Part shown: piece by piece, positions 16,266-25,915 of the stretch
How positions within the stretch are numbered: the stretch's first letter is position 1
Layout: every line of letters begins with the position of its first letter
Origin: an uncultured Bacillales bacterium
GTDB lineage: Bacteria; Bacillota_I; Bacilli_A; RFN20; CAG-826
NCBI GenBank assembly: GCA_947164155.1
Contig: CAMUVS010000004.1
Location: 603 to 64,602, forward strand
DNA: 64,000 nucleotides
Reading direction: 5' to 3'
Notes under the pieces: model-generated
Seen by the model: only the letters and a program-made list of their open reading frames with translations
Told to the model about the DNA's origin: nothing
Database searches by the model: none
Translations under genes and position numbers: made by a program

Positions 16266-18803
16266 TTATTTACGAAGTTTACGTTTTTTAATAATTAAAA
16301 CCGCTAACAAGGTTAAAGAGCTTACTGATGCTATCAAGATAAATATGATGGATGGGTTGCTATTAAAATTACCGTAATTAGAGTCAAAAACATTCACCTT
16401 ACTTATTTTATAAGTTGTGCTATCAATCTCTTTTCCTTGGTTTTTAAGCCAGGCGGTAAATCTTTCTCTTCCTTTGGAAATAACATAGTTTTCGCTGGTA
16501 TTGAAGACTTCTTTTTCACTATCTGACATTTCATCATAATACCCAATAGCAACATCAGTCTTGGTTGTACATTGTCCGTTAGCGTCTTCAAACATAATGT
16601 AGTTAGAAACATTACTAGCAGTTTGCTTAGCAACATAACTAAATATAATAGAGGACATATAAATCGCTCCTCCGTTTGCACATACACCAACATACAAATA
16701 GTCAGACTTAATCGTAACACTTGTGTTAGAAGCATCTATGGTGCCTATTAATGTTCCTTGTAATGATGAGTCAGATAAATCAGATGGTGAACTATATGCA
16801 GTATTCTTGCCATAAACTTTTAAAAATCTGCCACTTGCTGGTGCAGTGCCCCATGTAACCTCAACACTAGTTACCAGTCCTTCAGAAGTTGTTGTTACAA
16901 TTCCAGCTGTGCCGCTATTAGTTAACTGAATGGAATCGTTACCACCAGCGCTCTTACCGGAATAAACAACATCTGAATTAGTGCCTGAACCCGTCCAATC
17001 TTTATAAGAATTAGTACCTGGGTTGCCGGTATATGCTTTATCAAGAGTATCACTCATTGTGGTCTTATGTTGTTTTCTTTGAACTAGCACAGTTAAAGAA
17101 CATTTGACACCGTTATAATCAATCGCATTAGCGAATGTTTTGTTAGTTAACGTTCCACCACTAGATGCGTCTTCATATTTAAATTGATAACCATCATTAG
17201 CAAAGCTAAAATCAGATAATTCAAAATTATCGTTAGTTGTAACTACTATGTCATCTTTTGAAATTGTTTCTCCAACATAGTAAGTTTTATTTGCAGTAGC
17301 ACTTATTGATGAAGGAATAGCTTTAACGCTACAAGTATCTGTGAACGCACCATCGTTAGTGGTAACGGTAATTGTCGCTTCTCCGTAGTTAGCAGCGGTA
17401 ACTATGCCATTAGAAACTGTTGCAACACTTGTGTTACTACTAGACCACGTCACACCTTTATTTGTAGCGTTATTTGGTTCAACGGTTGCATTTAAAATAG
17501 ACGAACCATTCTTAAGAATGGAAACGGATTTTTCGCTTAAACTAACTCCGGTAACAGGAACAACCTCTCCTTCATTATATCCGTTGACAGTATCTGTAGA
17601 TGGGTTGGCGTATCCGGTTGGGGTTGTACTATATGATTGATATTGTCTTCCATCATATGTTGCTGTACCCCAAATATAATCCACCCATTCTGGGAAATCG
17701 ATGAATGGATTTCTATTATTTGTGTAGTTATTAAACAACAAATTGTTTCTATGAATTTCAAACTCATCTACAGGATCTAGGTGATGCCAGGCAAGTAAAT
17801 CGGTTAAAATACCAATTTTGCCAGTATTTGTTTCATCGGAAACATAAGCGTTAGTTTTTTGAGAATCTTGTACGATTTCTAAGTTTGGGTTATACGCAGT
17901 TATTCCATCTTCGTCTTCTCCAGATAAAAAGTTGTATCTCGCTACCATATAGAAAAGCGCACGAGCAATATCGCCTTTATCACTATCTTGAGGTTCGAAA
18001 ATTTTTTCAACTTTACCAGTGTCTCCCATAGTTAAGGAATAGCCTTGGTAATTACCACCTGTATAAAGCCATTTATTCGCTCCATCAACATAACTTTGTT
18101 CAAAATCAACATATCCATAGAATTGGTCGTTATGGAGAGCACTATTAACATAGCTATCGCCTGCCCAAAGGTGCATTGGATCGCCTCTTGCACCACCCTT
18201 AGTTTCTTGTTCAAAGCCCTGCGACTTTTGCCATAAGTGTTCTCTATCTATGCACCAAAAACCATTGTTACCATGAGACACCTTTCCGTCGTATAGCCAA
18301 GCTCTCATTTCGTTTTCTACGGTTCTATTAACATATAAAGCATGTAGATAAGGGTTATTTTTTGGGTTGTCCTTGCTTGACCCATATTGATAATTGGAAA
18401 TAGTATTTGTTATTGGATCATAATCACCATATTCATCGCTGCCAGCAGGAGATTTTTCCCAATCACGATCGGTGATTTCATACATTTTCCAAATCTTCGC
18501 CCCGCTACTATCAGTGTCATAGGAATAATATTTTTGTCCGTTTTTAAGAATAGGTTTTAAATTCTTAAGCAAATTTGAACCTTGCCTTTCAGAAGCAGAT
18601 AACGATAACAAACTACTATAGTAATTTCTTATTTCAGTTTCTGAATTATCATTCAAGTTAATTGTGGTAGCCAAGTCAGATGTATCATAACCTTCTTCGC
18701 CTTTTGCATTAACAACCTTCGCAGGTACCCTCACTGCATATGCAAAAACACCAACCAACATAGTTGAGGCAAATGAAAGAGAAGTTAATATTTTATTTTT
18801 CAT
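16266..18803 (-). CDS. Second membrane-anchored Endonuclease I-family surface nuclease with an Ig-like domain
   Basis: 845 aa. Signal peptide present. Motifs DREHLWQKS and NRNPFIDFPEWVDYIWG. Big_2-like module (SSNTSVATVSNGIVTAANYGEATITVTTNDG). C-terminal TM segment plus KKRKLRK. Confidence 0.8.
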   Translation of the reverse strand: MKNKILTSLSFASTMLVGVFAYAVRVPAKVVNAKGEEGYDTSDLATTINLNDNSETEIRNYYSSLLSLSASERQGSNLLKNLKPILKNGQKYYSYDTDSSGAKIWKMYEITDRDWEKSPAGSDEYGDYDPITNTISNYQYGSSKDNPKNNPYLHALYVNRTVENEMRAWLYDGKVSHGNNGFWCIDREHLWQKSQGFEQETKGGARGDPMHLWAGDSYVNSALHNDQFYGYVDFEQSYVDGANKWLYTGGNYQGYSLTMGDTGKVEKIFEPQDSDKGDIARALFYMVARYNFLSGEDEDGITAYNPNLEIVQDSQKTNAYVSDETNTGKIGILTDLLAWHHLDPVDEFEIHRNNLLFNNYTNNRNPFIDFPEWVDYIWGTATYDGRQYQSYSTTPTGYANPSTDTVNGYNEGEVVPVTGVSLSEKSVSILKNGSSILNATVEPNNATNKGVTWSSSNTSVATVSNGIVTAANYGEATITVTTNDGAFTDTCSVKAIPSSISATANKTYYVGETISKDDIVVTTNDNFELSDFSFANDGYQFKYEDASSGGTLTNKTFANAIDYNGVKCSLTVLVQRKQHKTTMSDTLDKAYTGNPGTNSYKDWTGSGTNSDVVYSGKSAGGNDSIQLTNSGTAGIVTTTSEGLVTSVEVTWGTAPASGRFLKVYGKNTAYSSPSDLSDSSLQGTLIGTIDASNTSVTIKSDYLYVGVCANGGAIYMSSIIFSYVAKQTASNVSNYIMFEDANGQCTTKTDVAIGYYDEMSDSEKEVFNTSENYVISKGRERFTAWLKNQGKEIDSTTYKISKVNVFDSNYGNFNSNPSIIFILIASVSSLTLLAVLIIKKRKLRK

Positions 18804-18981
18804 AATTTAAAACCATTTATCTAACACATTATATTATGCAATTTATTTATTGAAAATAATTTTCAAATAAATTGAAATCGTTAATCTAAAAATGAGAACG
18901 TATTTTCATAATGTCTTTACATATTTGTAAATTACATTTAAACTTTTATTTGCGTTTTAGAAACAAAAAGGAAGTATTAAT

Positions 18982-20130
18982 ATGGCAAAGAAACTCAAAA
19001 AAGTAAAAAAAGGAATGAACCCAAAAGCAAAGTTTACATTAGTAAACTCTTTTAAGGGTCTTATTTCAAACCAAGCAGTTATTGATGGATCAAAAGGTTC
19101 TCCATGGTGGGTTGCCGCGATTTTCTTTGCTTTCTCTGCGATTCTTCCTTTAATTCCTACCTTTGCTCAATTAAGTAAAATAAATGGAGCGTCTTTTATC
19201 TCTAATCTTAATTATGGCCTAGATGAACAATTAACTCACTTTGCCTTTAAACAAAAATTAGCAGGATATGAATTTAAAGTTGAAGGCGGAAGACTCCACT
19301 ACTATGAAAATTACAATTTTGAAACTCGTACTGGAACTGAAAAACAATTTGTTGAGCCTGATGAAGCTTATTTTGAAAATAGAAAGTATGAATTCGCTAT
19401 TGTGAACACTGTTACAAATCAATTCGATGCTAAATTCTACTTCTGGACTGATAAAAATTTATCCACTAATGTTGAAAGAATCACAAAGCAAACTTATTTA
19501 ATTAACGGCAATAATGGAAGCGACGGACAAAAAATCCCAGAAGTAGACATGAAAGATACAGTTGTCTATTTACCAAATATTATAATCTTAACTCCAACCA
19601 CCATGGCGGTAGCCTTATATAAAGTTAATACTACTACTCCTGCAGGTACCACTAACGGGGGATTAAACTGGTTAAATTCCCGTACTGATATCGGTTTAGT
19701 GGAACGTTTATTAGGTAAAGAAGTTGCTAATGTCACCGCTACTGCTAATGAAAATAAATTTGTTAACGAACATAAAAGCGAAATATTAAATGTCTTTAGA
19801 GATGTTTGTACTGAAACCTATTTAGATCAAAAGAGTAAAACCAAATGGACCAACACCGGAATCTATCTTGGAATTTACGCTGGTGTCATTGTCTTCTTAG
19901 GATTAATGGTCTTTATCTTAACTAGAGGAAAGAATAACCCATATAAGTTCCTAAATATCTGGGAATGTCAAAAAATCTCCTGGTGGGGCGCGGCATCTCC
20001 TGCAATTATCGGAACGCTCCTGTCATTAATCTTCTCAGGAAATGCAATTGGTCAAATGGCCTTCATCTTGGTGGTCTCGCTAAGAATTATGTGGCTATCA
20101 ATGAAGCAACTTAGACCAATGGTTCAATAA
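18982..20130 (+). CDS. Membrane protein, unknown function
   Basis: 382-aa ORF with a basic N-terminus, one N-terminal and three C-terminal hydrophobic segments, and RBS AAAGGAAG. Confidence 0.5.
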   Translation: MAKKLKKVKKGMNPKAKFTLVNSFKGLISNQAVIDGSKGSPWWVAAIFFAFSAILPLIPTFAQLSKINGASFISNLNYGLDEQLTHFAFKQKLAGYEFKVEGGRLHYYENYNFETRTGTEKQFVEPDEAYFENRKYEFAIVNTVTNQFDAKFYFWTDKNLSTNVERITKQTYLINGNNGSDGQKIPEVDMKDTVVYLPNIIILTPTTMAVALYKVNTTTPAGTTNGGLNWLNSRTDIGLVERLLGKEVANVTATANENKFVNEHKSEILNVFRDVCTETYLDQKSKTKWTNTGIYLGIYAGVIVFLGLMVFILTRGKNNPYKFLNIWECQKISWWGAASPAIIGTLLSLIFSGNAIGQMAFILVVSLRIMWLSMKQLRPMVQ

Positions 20131-20132
20131 TC

Positions 20133-20160
20133 AAAAAAAGCTGACTCGTTCAGCTTTTTT
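20133..20160. terminator. Bidirectional rho-independent terminator
   Basis: AAAAAAAGCTGA-CTCGT-TCAGCTTTTTT lies between convergent genes. Confidence 0.7.
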
Positions 20161-20497
20161 AATCCCCATAATCACTACCACGACTTTTATCTTCGACAAA
20201 TATTTGTAAAGGATTAGTGATATCGGTTATTTCTAAATATATATAATTAGGAACCTCAGTGAAATAAGATTCATAGTCCCCAACATAGACAACATGTTTA
20301 TTCTTTTTCACTCTTTCAATCATCGCTTCAATAATTAGATGATATTTATCAGGATGTCTTTCTTTAAAACCTTGTAATTGAGTGTACACGACCGGTTCAA
20401 AATAAAAATCACATTCTTCATTTATAATTACGTGTGGCGAAAAAGGATAATCTTTTTCTATTACAACTTTATAATCTTTAAATTCTTCGTATTTCAT
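20159..20497 (-). CDS. Hypothetical protein (112 aa)
   Basis: ORF overlapping the rlmH stop by 4 nt, which suggests translational coupling. No recognisable motif. Confidence 0.5.
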   Translation of the reverse strand: MKYEEFKDYKVVIEKDYPFSPHVIINEECDFYFEPVVYTQLQGFKERHPDKYHLIIEAMIERVKKNKHVVYVGDYESYFTEVPNYIYLEITDITNPLQIFVEDKSRGSDYGD

Positions 20498-20970
20498 TTG
20501 TGATAAGTCTCGTTATTAAGTATTTTAAACGCTCGATAAATTTGTTCAAGTAGAATAAGTCTAGCAAGTTGATGAGGGAAAGTCATTTTTCCAAAAGAAA
20601 ATGAATCATTTATACGAGCTTTTAGCTCCTCACTAAGGCCATAAGATCCACCGATAACAAAAGAGATATTGCTCCCTGATTGTTCGAGTTTATTCGATAT
20701 ATATCTAGAAAACTCGACTGAGTCCATTTCTTTTTTATTTAGGTCTAAGCCAATTAAATATTCATTATCTTTTAATAAAGACACTACTCTTTTACCTTCA
20801 ATATCAATCGCTTTTTGAATTTCTTTTTCGCTTGGTTTTTCGCTTATAGATTCATCTTTTAGTTCCACTATTTCTATTTTGCAGTATGAGGATAATCTTT
20901 TAACATATTCATCCACTCCAAGCTTATAGAAATCTTTGATTTTACCAATCGCATAAATCTTAATTTTCAT
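20494..20970 (-). CDS. rlmH: 23S rRNA (pseudouridine1915-N3)-methyltransferase RlmH
   Basis: 158 aa. SPOUT-type sequence MKIKIYAIGKIK...GGSYGLSEELK...MTFPHQLARLILLEQIYRA. Confidence 0.9.
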   Translation of the reverse strand: MKIKIYAIGKIKDFYKLGVDEYVKRLSSYCKIEIVELKDESISEKPSEKEIQKAIDIEGKRVVSLLKDNEYLIGLDLNKKEMDSVEFSRYISNKLEQSGSNISFVIGGSYGLSEELKARINDSFSFGKMTFPHQLARLILLEQIYRAFKILNNETYHK

Positions 20971-21712
20971 AATCTCCTCCTATAAGAGGGATATGTTGAT
21001 TAGCGCATCTAACTTTATATTTATTAATATTTACTCCTGCATATTCAAAAACTTTTTTATACGCCTCTAGGGCTAACTCGGGAGTATTAGCCTCTTCAGA
21101 AAGATGGGCAAGCACTATCTCTTTAGTCTTATCTCCGATAATTTCTATAGCAGCAAAAGCACTATCTTCATTACATAGATGTCCATAATCAGACATAATT
21201 CTTTGAATTAATTCCATTGGTCTATTGGTGTGTAATAACTTTTGAATATCGTGATTAGATTCAATAATTAAATAAGTGGGATTTTTAATATAAGGAGTAT
21301 TACTAGATAAATAAGTTCCAGTATCAGTCATATAGACTAAAGTTTCTTCTTCACTTTTTAATAAATAGCCACAGGGATTAGTGGCGTCGTGACTTGTAGG
21401 AAAAGAAGTAATTTCAACATCTTTAATTTTAAAAGGTTTAAAAATATCAATCACATTACTTAATGAACCAGGGATAGTGCCTTCTAAAGAATACATTTTT
21501 TTAGGTGAAAATGTCTTAATATTACGGTAATGGTCTGCGTGATTATGAGTAATCAAAACCGCATCAATATCGGTGATTGATTTGTTAAATTTATTTAGTT
21601 CATCCTCTATTACTTTAATCGGGATTCCCATATCAATTAAAATAGTGGCATCTTTGGTAAAAACAAGAGTTGCATTACCTTTAGAACCACTATTGATGAT
21701 ATCAAAAAACAT
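20960..21712 (-). CDS. MBL-fold metallo-hydrolase (YycJ/WalJ-like)
   Basis: HNHADH motif. The ATG at 21712 (MFFDIINSGSKGN...) avoids overlap with dnaB. The track ORF extends to 21757. Confidence 0.8.
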   Translation of the reverse strand: MFFDIINSGSKGNATLVFTKDATILIDMGIPIKVIEDELNKFNKSITDIDAVLITHNHADHYRNIKTFSPKKMYSLEGTIPGSLSNVIDIFKPFKIKDVEITSFPTSHDATNPCGYLLKSEEETLVYMTDTGTYLSSNTPYIKNPTYLIIESNHDIQKLLHTNRPMELIQRIMSDYGHLCNEDSAFAAIEIIGDKTKEIVLAHLSEEANTPELALEAYKKVFEYAGVNINKYKVRCANQHIPLIGGDYEN

Positions 21713-21720
21713 TGTAAATA

Positions 21721-23229
21721 TTATTCTTCCGCAATGGCGTTCATCGCCGCTTCCCATTCAGGAGTTGGAGCATCAAATCTCACATAGTCTTTATAGAAGA
21801 ATAATCTAGCTGTACCAGTTTGACCACTTCTATTTTTCGCGACAATAACTTCAGTATAAGAGGCATTACCAGGAATTTCACTTCCTAATTCTTTTTCTTT
21901 TTGTTCCTTAGCAAGTTCATATTTTTCTGCACCAGTTAATTTGCCGCCTTTTTTATTAGCAGCGCTACTGGTCTTTTTATCCGCGTAATAGTCTTCTCGA
22001 TAAAGTAGAATGACAATATCCGCGTCTTGCTCGATATTACCGGAATCTCTTAAATCAGACATTACTGGTCTTTGAGAATCACGTTTTTCCACTGCTCTAG
22101 AAAGTTGGCTAACCGCGATAACTGGAATTCTTAAGTCTCTTGCTAAAGCTTTTAAGGCTAAAGAAATTCTTCTAACTTCTTCTTGTCGAGAATCAGGTGC
22201 CTTTCCTTTAGAGGCAATTTGGACCAAACCTAAATAGTCGACAATAATTAAGCCAAGATCAGGTTCATGGGCCTGAAGCTTGGTGGATTTAGTAATAATA
22301 TCGTTAAGTTTAATTGATGGAGTGTCATCAATATATATTTTAGAGTTCGCTAAAATCTTAATAGAATTAAGAACCTTCATCTTATCGCTTGCAGAATTAA
22401 TTCTTCCGCGATTTATATTTTTGGCGTCAACTGTAGAGTCCATCGCAATTAAACGATTGAATAATTGCTCTTTAGACATTTCTAAAGAGAATATGGCGAC
22501 TGCTTTTTTCGCACGAGTAGCAATTCTATGGGCGAAATTTAAACATAAAGCAGTTTTACCAACTGCAGGACGAGCAGCAACAACAATTAATTCACCAGGC
22601 TTAAAACCTTGAGTGATTTGATTAAGTCTTTCGTATCCAGTAGTCACTCCAATAACATCGGATTCATTATCCGCATCTTGAAGTTTCTCTAAATTCTCCT
22701 CAATTTCAGGAGCGATTTCTTTAGTGGTGACAAAGTTAGAAATATGTCTTTTAGCAATACTTTCTTTGAATTTATTTTCACTGTCTAAAATGAAATCATT
22801 AATATTTTCAATCTCTTGAGTTTTATATTCGGCATCAATTCCTCTAATAGTAGTGAGCATTTTTCTTAAAACAGAATTATCTTGGACAATGCCAATATAG
22901 AAAGTTAAGGTGCTGGCTGCGACAACTGTGTTAGTACATTCCGCTAAATAGTTAGCGCCACCAATATTTTCTAATTCTTTTAAATTTTCTAATTCTTGAG
23001 CAACAGTTAAAACATCAATTGTCGCATTTCTTTCACTTAATTGATAAATCGCTCTAAAGATGAGTTGGTGCTTGCCCAAAAAGAAATCTTCTTCCTCTAA
23101 AGAAGTTAAGACATCTAAGCAATAGTCTTTTTTAAGCATGGCGCTACCAAGAACTACTCTTTCGGCATCTTCATTATATGGAAGTTCACTAGATACTTTT
23201 TTTATGACAGTTTTTCTACTAGCAGCCAT
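21721..23229 (-). CDS. dnaB: Replicative DNA helicase DnaB
   Basis: 502 aa. Walker A AARPAVGKT, plus EMS..QL and SQLSR motifs. Canonical rplI-dnaB synteny. Confidence 0.95.
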   Translation of the reverse strand: MAASRKTVIKKVSSELPYNEDAERVVLGSAMLKKDYCLDVLTSLEEEDFFLGKHQLIFRAIYQLSERNATIDVLTVAQELENLKELENIGGANYLAECTNTVVAASTLTFYIGIVQDNSVLRKMLTTIRGIDAEYKTQEIENINDFILDSENKFKESIAKRHISNFVTTKEIAPEIEENLEKLQDADNESDVIGVTTGYERLNQITQGFKPGELIVVAARPAVGKTALCLNFAHRIATRAKKAVAIFSLEMSKEQLFNRLIAMDSTVDAKNINRGRINSASDKMKVLNSIKILANSKIYIDDTPSIKLNDIITKSTKLQAHEPDLGLIIVDYLGLVQIASKGKAPDSRQEEVRRISLALKALARDLRIPVIAVSQLSRAVEKRDSQRPVMSDLRDSGNIEQDADIVILLYREDYYADKKTSSAANKKGGKLTGAEKYELAKEQKEKELGSEIPGNASYTEVIVAKNRSGQTGTARLFFYKDYVRFDAPTPEWEAAMNAIAEE

Positions 23230-23230
23230 C

Positions 23231-23680
23231 TTATTTCCTTTCTGAGATATGGACGTTAACTATGCCTATCACACCTTTATATAGTTCAATTCTTAGCTTA
23301 TGATAACCTAAGATATCTAGAGGCCCTTTATCTAAGAATTTTCTTTTATCGATAATAATATTATGTTTTGCTTTCATTTCTTCTTCGACTTGTTTTAAAG
23401 AAATAGAACCAAATAATTTAGAGTCTTTTCCAACTTTAGCCTCAAATTCTAAAGTGATCCCTTTTAAAGTCTCCACTAACTTAGTGGCGTCTTCTTTTTT
23501 ACGAATTTCTTCTTGTCGAGCGTTTTCTTGTTGAGTTTCTAAAATCTCGACACTTTTTTTACTAACAGGAACAGCGAGTTTCTTTTTAAATAAAAAGTTA
23601 TTAGCAAAACCATCACTAACATTCACTGTCTGATTCTTTTTCCCAACTTTTTTCACATCCGCTAATAAAATTACTTCCAT
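23231..23680 (-). CDS. rplI: 50S ribosomal protein L9
   Basis: 149 aa. MEVILLADVKKVGKKNQTVNVSDGFANNFL is a typical L9 N-terminus. Confidence 0.9.
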   Translation of the reverse strand: MEVILLADVKKVGKKNQTVNVSDGFANNFLFKKKLAVPVSKKSVEILETQQENARQEEIRKKEDATKLVETLKGITLEFEAKVGKDSKLFGSISLKQVEEEMKAKHNIIIDKRKFLDKGPLDILGYHKLRIELYKGVIGIVNVHISERK

Positions 23681-23682
23681 AA

Positions 23683-25719
23683 CTATTCATCCTGATTAAT
23701 TCTTCTTTTCGCGTCAGCTTTCGCGTCTGCTAAGTGCAAGTTAATAACATTAACTAACATATTCTCTACATCTTTTAAATCGCTTTTAAGGAAGGTCGCT
23801 GCGGCACTAGTGAAGTGGCCTCCACCACCAAGTTTTTCACATAGTAGTGAAACATTAATTAAACCATCACTTCTAGCAGATAATTTGGTTTCTCTAGCGC
23901 TAGTTTTACCAATAACAAAGGCAGCGTGAATCCCTTTCATACTTAAGCAAGCATTAGCAGCTTTCGCAATGGCGGCAGTGTCATAAATCTTATTAGGATC
24001 AGCTACTGCGTAAACAACTCCATAGCTAGCGGTAACAACGTTTCTAACAATGTCAGAAGTTTCCATATATTCTTCAAAGTCATCTTTAAGTAAATCATCA
24101 GCAACAGAGTTATCCGCTCCATATTCTTTAAGAATTGTAGAAGCTTCAAAAGTTCTAATGCCAGTGTTCTTACTCTTATAGAATGAACTATCTAAGAAAA
24201 TACCGGAAAGCATAATAGTCGCATAAGTTGGATTTAATTCAATTCGAGGGGTAATAGAAGAGAATCTAATGAATTCAGTAATTAATTCCGAAGCACTACT
24301 AGCGCTTGGATCAATATGGTTAAAGACAGGAGATTCAATATATTCTTCTGCTCTTCTATGGTGGTCAATAACCACGACTTTATTAGTCTTATCTAAAACA
24401 TCTGGAGCCATAACCATATTTGGAATATGAACATCGCAAACAATGACTAAGGTGTCACTACCAATTAAATCTAAAGAATCTTTAGAGGAAACAATTAAAT
24501 TTTCTAATTCTCCTTTATCAAAGCTTGAGGTAATCGCCGCTCTAGTTTTGGCTTCTGTAGCTTTAAGATCAACAACTAATTTGGCAGGTTTTTCTAATCT
24601 TTCGCAAATTGCTTTAACACCTAAACAGCTTCCTAAAGCGTCCATATCCATATTAGTGTGGCCCATAATTAAGACATTAGAGGAGTTATTAATTAAATTA
24701 ATTAAGGAGTCAGCAAGAACTCTAATCTTAACTCTACTACGTTTTTCTTGAGCTTCGGTTTTACCGCCATAGAATTCCATTTCTTTGCCATAAGGAGAGA
24801 CAACAACTTGGTCTCCACCACGAGACATCGCAATACTTAAAGCAGCAATTGCAAGTTCGTTAAGTTTGACAACATCTGGGAAATCTCTAGCGATACCAAT
24901 AGAAAGAGTTAAAGGAATATCTTCCCCAACCGAAACCGCTCTAACTTTATCGATAATAGAGAAATTATCGTCTTTTATTTTGCAATATGTATCATAGTTA
25001 AAAAGCATTAAATAATCGCTATCTTTATATTTACGAAGTAAGATGCCATACTTTTGAGCGTATTCAAAGATTTCGTCTTTAGCTTTAGTAATAGTGTCGT
25101 TATAGTCATCATCACCTTTAATAACTTCATCGTAGTTGTCCATTGAAAGAACACCAACAACTGGAGCTTGTTGCTTGTTATAGTAGTAAACGGTTTCGTA
25201 ATCAGTATTATCTTTAAAGATATATAAGCCCGCATCAGCGAGATATTTGACTTCATAGTTACGGTTATTAATCACCACTTTAATCACTTGATCAGATGAT
25301 GGCTTTTCTTTTAACACTCGTAATTCGTTTTTCCATTCAAAGATATTGCTATCGATAATATCGATGTGTCGATCTTTAAATAAGTCATTATTCCAAATGA
25401 CAATATCGTTTTCATCAGTGACCACTAAACCGATCATCGCAAAGTTATATGCTTCTTGAACATCACTACCAATAACTTCTGCAGCTTGTAAGTCAGTTTT
25501 ATGTCTATACATCGAAATACGAATCGCGCTGATCCACATGCCTAAGATATTTAACGCAATTAAAGAAGCAGCACCGATTACAACATATTCAGGTAAAACG
25601 TATGCTTTAATATTAAAGAGATTAAGGAAATAGAAGATTACAAAAACGCCAATACCAAGAGTCTCTATAAGAATAGTGATAAAGGCAAATAATCTAACTC
25701 TATTAATCTTCTTTTTCAT
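23683..25719 (-). CDS. gdpP: GdpP-like DHH/DHHA1 phosphodiesterase (c-di-AMP phosphodiesterase family)
   Basis: 678 aa. Two N-terminal TM segments, a central PAS / degenerate GGDEF-like region, DHH (VIDHHRR) and GGGGH motifs. Synteny with rplI-dnaB. Confidence 0.85.
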   Translation of the reverse strand: MKKKINRVRLFAFITILIETLGIGVFVIFYFLNLFNIKAYVLPEYVVIGAASLIALNILGMWISAIRISMYRHKTDLQAAEVIGSDVQEAYNFAMIGLVVTDENDIVIWNNDLFKDRHIDIIDSNIFEWKNELRVLKEKPSSDQVIKVVINNRNYEVKYLADAGLYIFKDNTDYETVYYYNKQQAPVVGVLSMDNYDEVIKGDDDYNDTITKAKDEIFEYAQKYGILLRKYKDSDYLMLFNYDTYCKIKDDNFSIIDKVRAVSVGEDIPLTLSIGIARDFPDVVKLNELAIAALSIAMSRGGDQVVVSPYGKEMEFYGGKTEAQEKRSRVKIRVLADSLINLINNSSNVLIMGHTNMDMDALGSCLGVKAICERLEKPAKLVVDLKATEAKTRAAITSSFDKGELENLIVSSKDSLDLIGSDTLVIVCDVHIPNMVMAPDVLDKTNKVVVIDHHRRAEEYIESPVFNHIDPSASSASELITEFIRFSSITPRIELNPTYATIMLSGIFLDSSFYKSKNTGIRTFEASTILKEYGADNSVADDLLKDDFEEYMETSDIVRNVVTASYGVVYAVADPNKIYDTAAIAKAANACLSMKGIHAAFVIGKTSARETKLSARSDGLINVSLLCEKLGGGGHFTSAAATFLKSDLKDVENMLVNVINLHLADAKADAKRRINQDE

Positions 25720-25915
25720 AGTAGATTTATTATATAAATTTTTATATTTAATATAAAGAGCAAACTAGAATTTTTGCAAAAGCATATATAAAAAACACAA
25801 TGTGATTTTTATAATTAAACTCGGTATCTTGACCTAATAATCACTTTAGTCCATAAAACAAAATAATTATGCTTAATGTTTTTATATTGCTATACTTTAT
25901 TTTGGAGTTAAAAAT

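Noticed and set aside
21850-21985. Intein in DnaB
   Set aside because: The extra segment is only about 35 aa and is Lys/Glu-rich. It lacks intein splicing blocks (no Cys/Ser +1 with HN-type C-terminal motif).
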